DNA of 64,000 nucleotides from Leptonemataceae bacterium (GTDB lineage Bacteria; Spirochaetota; Leptospiria; Leptospirales; Leptonemataceae): NCBI GenBank assembly GCA_965227295.1, contig OZ245742.1, positions 1,568,001 to 1,632,000 of the forward strand, read 5' to 3'. Shown piece by piece: positions 56,950 to 64,000 of this stretch (position 1 is its first letter; each line of letters starts with the position of its first letter). The notes under the pieces were generated by a model. It saw only the letters and a program-made list of their open reading frames with translations, ran no database searches and was not told where the DNA came from. The position numbers and the translations under genes were made by a program.

Positions 56950-57678
56950 TCAACGGAACTTCGCGCGAAATTGCTTGAAGCTCTCCGGCGGAACCGGTCG
57001 TTGCGCGAGGACCATGTCCAGTGTGATGGGGCGGCCGTGTGTGTTCACGAGGAAGTTCGCGAATTCGGCGCCGATGCAGAAGGCCCGCCGTCGTTCGGTA
57101 CGGTTTTCGGATTTCAGGCCGGCGCTTAGCTTCGTTTCGAATGTACTTAGTCTGGCTGTCGCTTTCATCCAGGACGCGGAGGACCGGCAGTCCGGGGCAG
57201 TGAGACGGCCGACGGATTCACAGTAACCTTCTTCGAGCCAGGGCCGCGAACTACCTGAGTTTTCCCGGCGCAGGCCCGCGAGCAGGCGATGACAGACCTC
57301 GTGGCGAATCGTCGATACGAGCAGGCCGCGTTGTTGTAAGGCGCGCGGTCGTTGTAAGATGAGCCGGTCCGTGCGTGCGTCGTAGAGGCCGGCGACGAAC
57401 CAGGGTTCGCCGCTGAGTTGGCGGAAGATGTCCGCGTTCCCGGCCAGGGCGATGTCGGTGGTCAGCGGCGGACGTACGCCGTGCATGGCATAGACCTCGT
57501 CGGCGTGCTTGCGAAACAAGGCATGGAACTCACGCAGCGCTTCGCGATCCGCCGCGGCTTTGCCGTACAGGCGATAGCGGACGCCTTCCCACTGCACGGT
57601 CTCGACCGCGGGCCCGGCAAAGAGCACGGTCGCAAACGCAAGCAGCGTGAGCAGGATCGTAGCAATCGTGCGTTTCAA
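56950..57678 (-). CDS. Secreted gluzincin-like metallopeptidase
   Basis: Signal peptide, HEVCH (HExxH) and PWLEEG; TTG start overlaps the upstream stop. Confidence 0.7.
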   Translation of the reverse strand: MKRTIATILLTLLAFATVLFAGPAVETVQWEGVRYRLYGKAAADREALREFHALFRKHADEVYAMHGVRPPLTTDIALAGNADIFRQLSGEPWFVAGLYDARTDRLILQRPRALQQRGLLVSTIRHEVCHRLLAGLRRENSGSSRPWLEEGYCESVGRLTAPDCRSSASWMKATARLSTFETKLSAGLKSENRTERRRAFCIGAEFANFLVNTHGRPITLDMVLAQRPVPPESFKQFRAKFR

Positions 57679-58904
57679 GGGACTCTCACCTGTGCCAGGC
57701 GCGCGCCGGGATAGTAGACTTCCAGGATTTCTCGCATCGTCTGGCCGCGGCGGGCGAGCTCCCGCGCACCCCATTGACAGAGGCCGACTCCGTGTCCGAG
57801 GCCCCGGCCGCGAAAAACGAAATCGTCGCCGTGACGTTCGACGGTAAACACGTTGCTTTTGATCACGTTCCAGCCGAGTCGGCGCCCCGCATTGGAAAGA
57901 AAGACGTGAGTCGGCATCCGCCGGGGCTTTCCTTCTACATAATCGATGCGAAGCTGCACCGCACGGCGTTCGATTTTTGCCGGCTTGCCGGTGACGTCGT
58001 AGCCGAACATGCCTTTGATCCGCAGCGGTGATTCACTGCCGGTGACGGCCTGGAGTTCGTCTTCGGAAACCGGGCGGGAGCGCCAGCGAAAGTGCGGCGA
58101 TTGTGCGCAGTAGGCGTGCGTGTTCGCCTCCCGGCGCCGATAGTGCGGCGAAGCTTCATGCTCGGGCCAGTACTCCTCCGGCCCGCCGGGCACCCCGCCG
58201 CAGGTGGAATGAAAGTACGTGGCCAGGATGCGTCTGGAATCGCGGCGATGGACGAGGACATGAGTTTCCCCGGCTAACTCTTTGTGCCTGGATATTAGTC
58301 CTGGAAAGAACATGCAGTGCGTGAGGTCGCAGAGATCGTAGCCGGGGTTTTCATTGCTGTGGCGCCCGCGGTGGGCGAGGGCGTAGCCGCGTACGGCCGT
58401 GCGCATGGCCTGCATCAGCGCCGGAGGATCCTGTTGTTCAGCGGGGGGCGGTCCCAGTTCGGACCGCGCCGTGGATGCGACGTAGTCTTCGAACGGGACC
58501 AGGGCAACGACGTGCAGTTCCTCCGAGGCGGCTTCGAGTTCCAGCCGGCCGGCATAACGCCGGGTGATCGGTCGGATCGGATCGAGGACCCGGACGGTAA
58601 GCGCGTCCCCGCCATGGATCGAGGCGAACGCGGCCGTGTAACTCTTGCCGCCGCTTTGCAGGCGGAAGCGTTTGTTCTGCGAGAGCCGCACCAGGACAGG
58701 CTCTCCGGCTTGCAAGGTGCGCCCCGCAACGAAAATGCGCATGGGCGCCCGGCTCCGAATTTCCAGGCGTCGCGGTCCGTACTTCGAGAGCACGCCGATG
58801 CGCAGATCGCGCGGGGCGACGACCGGAGCGACCTGTGGCGCGGGCTCCTCGCAGGCGCCGAGAAATACCGCGGCGGCGAGAATCATGCCGGCCCTTCGTT
58901 TCAT
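57675..58904 (-). CDS. SpoIID/LytB-domain lipoprotein
   Basis: Lipobox FLGAC; EDYV....SE, CDLTHC, FHSTCGG, GLGHGVGLCQWGA and IL..YYPG. Confidence 0.9.
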   Translation of the reverse strand: MKRRAGMILAAAVFLGACEEPAPQVAPVVAPRDLRIGVLSKYGPRRLEIRSRAPMRIFVAGRTLQAGEPVLVRLSQNKRFRLQSGGKSYTAAFASIHGGDALTVRVLDPIRPITRRYAGRLELEAASEELHVVALVPFEDYVASTARSELGPPPAEQQDPPALMQAMRTAVRGYALAHRGRHSNENPGYDLCDLTHCMFFPGLISRHKELAGETHVLVHRRDSRRILATYFHSTCGGVPGGPEEYWPEHEASPHYRRREANTHAYCAQSPHFRWRSRPVSEDELQAVTGSESPLRIKGMFGYDVTGKPAKIERRAVQLRIDYVEGKPRRMPTHVFLSNAGRRLGWNVIKSNVFTVERHGDDFVFRGRGLGHGVGLCQWGARELARRGQTMREILEVYYPGARLAQVRVP

Positions 58905-60022
58905 CTTACAAACAATTTCTCAAGTGTGATTTCTGCCAGGCGCCGGGCCTCGTCGCCGCCGCGGCCGCGTTCTGCAAAGGCCGTAACGATGTACGCGCGG
59001 CTATCGATGTCGGCGCGGAGAACGACCCAGCCGTGCGTGTCGTACTTTTTGCCGAAGATGGTGGCCGTACCGGTCTTGGCCCCCCGCACGGAAATGCCGG
59101 CCGGTGCATGCAAGTCCGCCAGCGTGCCGCCGGGTTCGAGGACCCGGCCGAGCGCGAAGCGCAGTGAGGCCAGTTGCGATGGACTGAAAGCGAGCCGTGG
59201 CCCCTGCCGTGGAGCGAGGAGATCGCGACCGCTGTAGCTGCTGCCCAGGCGCAACTGCGGGAGTCGCCGGGCCGTCTCATGATCCGCGAGCAGACTCGCA
59301 TAGATTTGGCTGACCTTCAGCGGGGTGAGGCGAATCGAGCCGCCCTCGCCGACGGCGGCCATGGTGCGCGCCAGGGGGCTCAGCCGTTTTCCATCGAGGA
59401 CGCGTGCCGGAGTCTCGATGGACTCACGCAGGCCGGTGCCCGGCGACGATTCCAACTGCCAGTCGCGGATCAGCAGATCGTAGAAGGACGGATGGCGCGC
59501 GGCCGTCGTGAGGAAGTAGACGTTGCAGGATTGAGCCAGGGCGCCGGTAAGCTGGACCCGGCCGTGGCCGTGACTCTTCGAGCAGCGAATATAGGAGCGG
59601 CCGCGCTCATCTTCCAGCACATGAAAGTCGCGGCGATCCTGCGCGGAGATGCGATCCGCAAAATAGAACCGGCCCCGGCATTGAACCGGCCGCCCGGGGC
59701 CAAACTGAAAGCGTTCCGGATGGCGCTGGAACACCGCCGCCGAAAGAGTCTTCACCAGGGATCCCGGCGGAAATACGCGCCGGAGCACGTAGTCTTCGTT
59801 ATACATGTACCGGACCACACCGGAACGGAGATCGGTTACGACCACGGCACCGGAACCGCTGCCGCGCTCGAATTCGCGCAGCGCCTCGTTCACGTGTCGC
59901 TGCGGTGACAATTCCGGCGGCGCGGCGGAGGCCGTGCTCAGCGCACATATCGTCCACAGGGCGGCCACGGCCGATCGTAGCGAGGTGCTTCCGGTGGGGC
60001 TTCTGGAGCGGCAGGCTTTCAT
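58901..60022 (-). CDS. Stand-alone penicillin-binding transpeptidase-domain protein
   Basis: SxxK (SLVK), SxN (SCN) and KTG motifs; signal peptide; no pedestal domain. Confidence 0.85.
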   Translation of the reverse strand: MKACRSRSPTGSTSLRSAVAALWTICALSTASAAPPELSPQRHVNEALREFERGSGSGAVVVTDLRSGVVRYMYNEDYVLRRVFPPGSLVKTLSAAVFQRHPERFQFGPGRPVQCRGRFYFADRISAQDRRDFHVLEDERGRSYIRCSKSHGHGRVQLTGALAQSCNVYFLTTAARHPSFYDLLIRDWQLESSPGTGLRESIETPARVLDGKRLSPLARTMAAVGEGGSIRLTPLKVSQIYASLLADHETARRLPQLRLGSSYSGRDLLAPRQGPRLAFSPSQLASLRFALGRVLEPGGTLADLHAPAGISVRGAKTGTATIFGKKYDTHGWVVLRADIDSRAYIVTAFAERGRGGDEARRLAEITLEKLFVR

Positions 60023-60127
60023 GGACTTACGCCAATATTTTTATATACCTCTTGCCGCCGCTTCTATAATATTGAACCGAAATTCCCACGCTTGATTTCT
60101 GGAATTCGATTTACCACGCTTTCCGCC

Positions 60128-60988
60128 ATGGCCAATACCAACGATCTGGAGCCGATCGAAGCCACGCTCTGCGTGAACGCGACGCCGGCACAGGTGTATC
60201 GCGCGCTGACTTCGCAAAACGAACTGCGCAAGTGGTGGGCGCCGCGGGTCATTATGTCGCGGAACCTGGTCTCGCAGGAACAGGATCGCATGGTGGAAAT
60301 GCGGCTCATGCAGTCCGATCGCAATCAGCTCGTCCGCTACAGCTGGCGGGGCCAGGACTGGTCCGGGGACGCCGAGCCCACGACCATCACATTTCGCATT
60401 TCCGATCTCGGAGCCTCGCGGCATCGGACGGGCGAGGGCCTCATGCTGGAAATCTCCCACGACGGCTGGACCAACGCCCGGGAGCGCCAGCGCCAGAAGA
60501 AGATCTGGGACCGCGCTTTGCCCGTGCTCGAGGGCTTGCTCAGCGGGAAGAAGGTCCGGCCCTGGTGGGGCAAAGAGAGCGGGCGACTAACCTTTCAGCA
60601 GGTGCGATTAACGACACTGAAGCCGTTTTTCGAAAGCATCGGCAAACGCTCCATCTCGCGCACCCTGTGGAAGATTTGCAGCAGCCTCGATTCCGAAGGA
60701 CGCTGGTACCTGCACGACGGCGAAGAAGAGTTCGAATTTCGCAGCGGCTCGTGCCGGGTCTTCGGTCTGGACCGCGACGGTGTGGTGAAGATCTTCTGGA
60801 TCGATCTTTCGGGGGCCCTGGGGGCGAACCTCGAAGAATTCATGCGACGCTTTTCCGTGGAGCAGGAAGTGGATGTGGACGAGGATACGGCCTCCACCAT
60901 CCAGACCATGCGCGTCGAAGACGTACGCGCGGAGCTCTGGATTCGCTGGTGCAGCGACGTCCTCGATATCATCGAGGCGCCGGTATGA
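60128..60988 (+). CDS. SRPBCC/AHSA1-domain protein
   Basis: ATPAQVYRALT..ELRKWW and LVRYSW...HDGW. Confidence 0.8.
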   Translation: MANTNDLEPIEATLCVNATPAQVYRALTSQNELRKWWAPRVIMSRNLVSQEQDRMVEMRLMQSDRNQLVRYSWRGQDWSGDAEPTTITFRISDLGASRHRTGEGLMLEISHDGWTNARERQRQKKIWDRALPVLEGLLSGKKVRPWWGKESGRLTFQQVRLTTLKPFFESIGKRSISRTLWKICSSLDSEGRWYLHDGEEEFEFRSGSCRVFGLDRDGVVKIFWIDLSGALGANLEEFMRRFSVEQEVDVDEDTASTIQTMRVEDVRAELWIRWCSDVLDIIEAPV

Positions 60989-61638
60989 TCCGCTACGCGG
61001 TGCAGTTTGCCTGGTCGGTCATCGACGATCATCGCGTGCAGGTGTCGGTCACCACACCGGTAACGCGCGTCGGCACGCTGCACCGGCTCACCGCGGCGAT
61101 CTACGTTCTGGGCATGGACATTGTTTCCGGCAACGTGCTCACCGAAAGCGAAGACGGCGAGGCGGCGAATCCCGACGGCGCCGGGAGCAGCGGCGAACTG
61201 GTCTCCCGGGACAACTTCGTGTTGCGACTCACGCAAACGAAGATGAACAACTTTCCCATGCACGAGATCACCGGCAAACTCGGCGTCATGATGGAAACGA
61301 TCTTACAAAAAGACGTGGATCCCGCGGCCCTGCTGGCGGAGCACTCCGTGCAGCCGCCGGACGCTACCGATCTCTTTGCCGAACCGCATACGATCCGCTT
61401 CACGGAAGTGGCCGGTCGTAACATGACTCAGATGTACGTCGAATCGAAGGACCGCACCGGTCTGTTGTATCATTTGACGCAGGTCCTCGCCCGGGAAAAC
61501 GTGAACATCTGGAACGCCGTCATCGTAACCACGGATACCGGCGTAACTGAAGATTCGTTTTACTTACAGCACGAGGGCCGCGCGTTAAGCGAGTCGTTCG
61601 CTGCGGAACTGCGTGCAAAGATCGAAGGCAAGTCGTGA
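60985..61638 (+). CDS. Stand-alone tandem ACT-domain protein (GlnD C-terminus-like)
   Basis: DRTGLLYHLTQVL..ENVNIWNA...T....EDSFYL, plus a first ACT-like repeat (RVGTLHRLT...DNFVL). Confidence 0.75.
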   Translation: MIRYAVQFAWSVIDDHRVQVSVTTPVTRVGTLHRLTAAIYVLGMDIVSGNVLTESEDGEAANPDGAGSSGELVSRDNFVLRLTQTKMNNFPMHEITGKLGVMMETILQKDVDPAALLAEHSVQPPDATDLFAEPHTIRFTEVAGRNMTQMYVESKDRTGLLYHLTQVLARENVNIWNAVIVTTDTGVTEDSFYLQHEGRALSESFAAELRAKIEGKS

Positions 61639-62303
61639 ACATCGAAGCACCAGTTTCTCCCACTGTATCTCACATTAGTACTCACGAAATCAAAGCGCTG
61701 TTGCGTCGTTTCATCGAACACCCCGGCGCGCACCGGCGTTGGTTGAACACCCTTTCGTTTTTGGAGTACACCGGCACGCGCAAGATTTCCCGTTCGCTGG
61801 AACATCGCGCGATCGACGAGGAGGCCCTGCGTCACCTGGCCGAGGAAGCCCGGCACGCGCACTTCTTTAAGCGCATGATCGAACGCGTGCCTGGTGATCC
61901 GGCCTGCGATGGCTACGGCGTGGACGAACTCCTGGGCGGCCGGGCCGCGTCTCGCTACTTTCAATCACTGGACGCCGTAGTGCGCCGGGAGCTCGTGTCG
62001 GCCGCCTATCGTCGTGAGGAGTTGCCCGCGGAGTCGCTTTCGGAGCTAAGTTATGTTTACGTGACGTTACTGATCGAAGAACGCGCGGGTTTGCTGTATC
62101 CGCTGTACGATCAGTGTCTCCGCGACGCCGACGTGCCCGTTCGATTGTCCGGCATTGTCCTGGAAGAAGAGAAGCACCTGGAAGACATGTTCGCGACGAT
62201 TGCGAAGCAGGATCCCGGCCGCGACGATCGACTGGCGCGGCTACGCGAACGCGAAGCGGTGTTGTTCGCGCGGTTTTTTGCCGTGTTGAAAGAGGCTGTG
62301 TGA
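61635..62303 (+). CDS. Ferritin-like diiron-carboxylate protein
   Basis: LE, EEARH, IEERA and EEEKH ligand pattern. Confidence 0.75.
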   Translation: MNIEAPVSPTVSHISTHEIKALLRRFIEHPGAHRRWLNTLSFLEYTGTRKISRSLEHRAIDEEALRHLAEEARHAHFFKRMIERVPGDPACDGYGVDELLGGRAASRYFQSLDAVVRRELVSAAYRREELPAESLSELSYVYVTLLIEERAGLLYPLYDQCLRDADVPVRLSGIVLEEEKHLEDMFATIAKQDPGRDDRLARLREREAVLFARFFAVLKEAV

Positions 62304-62319
62304 GTCGCGGCTGCGCCCC

Positions 62320-63243
62320 TCACGGATATCTGCGCTTCCACTGATTGATCTGATGCAACTTTTGTTGCACCTCGTCCTGCAAGATCTGCACGGACGCTTC
62401 GGCGTCTTCGAGTTGTTGGCGCTGGGCCGCCATGAGCTGACTGGTGGCATCGGAAGTAAGATCCGAGAGCAGGCCCTGCATCCTTAACGTTAAGTCGCTG
62501 ATCTTTACGTACAGGGCCTCAAAAGCGCGTCGCGTTTCCCAGCGGCGAATCATTTCCATGCGGCTTTGTTCGTCCGGCGCGGCCTCGGCTTTCGTTTTCT
62601 CTTCCGGCGGCAGACGCATGATGTACTGCGACACGGAGCGCGGGTAACCGTAGAGTTCGCGGTAGTAGTTGATGGCTTCTTCGGCGGCCTGCCAGCAATC
62701 GATGTCGATCTCCCGCTGGAGTTCGCTGAGAGCCATGGCGCCTTCGCCCTCGAAGGCCCGGGAGTTCTTGAGGTTGTTCAAAACTACCTGCTGGCGTTCC
62801 TTGGTCCGCCCCAGGTGTTGCACAATCTCTTCCAGGAGATGATTCTCGATGAACACGCCGCTCTGGAACTCCGGTCCCGCTCCGCTCGACGGGGCGGCAC
62901 CATTGCCGCCGCTGGAGAGGCTCTCCGGCTCCACGGCCGAGAAGTCGTCGAACTCGGGGATATCAGCTTCGGATCGCGATTCCGGGTCTGCGGACGCCTG
63001 TGCCTCGCCGGCAGAACGCGGCGCCTGGCGTTCCGTTCGGTTTTCCTGACGGATCTGTTGGGCAATGCGGATGGCTTCTTCTTTGGACTGGGCAATGCGC
63101 ACGACCTCTATGCGGCGCGTCTCCAGATTGAAGCGGGTGGCGTAGCGGTTCCCCTGGCGGTCGATGTACCGCTTGTTGATGTCCCGGATGGAGATCTTCT
63201 GAGGATCGATGTCCTCGATGGAATTGATCGGGATGAAGTCCAA
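62320..63243 (-). CDS. Conserved hypothetical protein (resembles a Leptospira-type family)
   Basis: N-terminal NSIEDIDP.K.S...YIDRQGNRYA.RFN, an acidic linker and a helical C-terminus; family recalled, not searched. Confidence 0.75.
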   Translation of the reverse strand: MDFIPINSIEDIDPQKISIRDINKRYIDRQGNRYATRFNLETRRIEVVRIAQSKEEAIRIAQQIRQENRTERQAPRSAGEAQASADPESRSEADIPEFDDFSAVEPESLSSGGNGAAPSSGAGPEFQSGVFIENHLLEEIVQHLGRTKERQQVVLNNLKNSRAFEGEGAMALSELQREIDIDCWQAAEEAINYYRELYGYPRSVSQYIMRLPPEEKTKAEAAPDEQSRMEMIRRWETRRAFEALYVKISDLTLRMQGLLSDLTSDATSQLMAAQRQQLEDAEASVQILQDEVQQKLHQINQWKRRYP

Positions 63244-63337
63244 GTTTCTGTCGCCGCCGCCTGATGTCTCGTCCTAACAATAGCTGAACGAATTATTAAT
63301 GAAAGATTAACAAATCGGCCGGCGGACTAAGATCGAA

Positions 63338-64000
63338 TCAGTGCTCCTTAAATAGAGCATCGACATCCGACGGACTCAATTCGTATCTTTTTTTACAGAA
63401 TTCACAGAAGACTTCGACGCAACCTTTTTCTTCAACCAGACTTTCAATTGAATCCCGGCCCATCATAAAGAGCGTGTTCCGAACCTTCTCGCGGCTGCAC
63501 TCGCAGGCGAAAAAGAACGAACCGTTTTTCAGCAGGTTCACGGAATGCATCTTCCCCGGAGCCAGGGTCAGCTTCGTGCCGCCGGGGCCGTCGGGGCTCG
63601 GCAGCAGAGTTTCGATGAGTTCCGTAGGACTGCGCCCGCCGATCATATCGAGCACCAGGTCCACCTGGTCCGGGGTGGCGCCGGGCAGGGCCTGGAACAT
63701 GTAGCCCGAAATCTCCGGCGGTCGGCCGGGGACGTTGTCGAAACTTGTTTCCAGGCGAATGAAGCTCTGGATCTGATCCGAGCGACCGAGGTATTCCTCG
63801 ATGTTGCGATCCAGAGAGATGTCGCGCATTTCCACGGCGGAGGAGTAGGCCCGGCCGCGATCGTTGCGCCAGCGATTCACGCGCAGGATGCCGCTGCCCT
63901 TGCCGGCGGACGCCGGGCCGGTCCAGACGGCGCCGGGGTTCGAAGCCGTTCCGCGCATGGAGCCGTCGCTCGCGGCAAAGCTGATGATTCGGTGCGCCGC
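63338..64000 (-). CDS. hslO: Hsp33 redox-regulated chaperone, 5' end beyond the window
   Basis: YL..SDQI.S, GYMFQALPG, CECS (CxC) and CEFC (CxxC); frame open to base 64000. Confidence 0.9.
   Translation of the reverse strand, partial: AAHRIISFAASDGSMRGTASNPGAVWTGPASAGKGSGILRVNRWRNDRGRAYSSAVEMRDISLDRNIEEYLGRSDQIQSFIRLETSFDNVPGRPPEISGYMFQALPGATPDQVDLVLDMIGGRSPTELIETLLPSPDGPGGTKLTLAPGKMHSVNLLKNGSFFFACECSREKVRNTLFMMGRDSIESLVEEKGCVEVFCEFCKKRYELSPSDVDALFKEH

Overview
High-GC bacterial chromosomal segment. The gene content of the right half (tandem hemerythrin, 7TM-HAMP-SpoIIE, STAS proteins, SRPBCC and several conserved hypotheticals) resembles Leptospiraceae; this assignment is from recall and was not checked. 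The main feature is an apparently complete ~20.4 kb extracellular contractile injection system (eCIS; Afp/PVC-like) at 3939-24335. It encodes an AAA+ ATPase, DUF4255 cap, multi-Ig cap partner, one sheath, two tube proteins, a tail-assembly chaperone pair, a tape-measure-like protein, a LysM tube initiator, a split VgrG (hub and spike), PAAR, gp25, two baseplate-J proteins, a gpI-like protein and two paralogous collar-type tail fibres. I see no capsid, terminase, integrase, lysis, T6SS membrane-complex or recognisable toxin gene. The chaperone pair appears to be joined by a programmed -1 frameshift: the second ORF has no plausible start codon, and an SD-like element, a G-run and a hairpin sit at the junction. 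Other observations: an EAL domain with a Glu-to-Lys change at the general base, a deletion scar fusing two divergent gene remnants, two copies of a ~110-120 bp inverted-repeat intergenic element, a frameshifted GT-C-like gene, a Uma2 remnant and a small secreted Cys-rich repeat protein. The rest is mostly housekeeping (pdxH, argD, icd, ribE, hslO, ygiD, ABC/AttH operon). All calls come from motif reading only; no searches were run.
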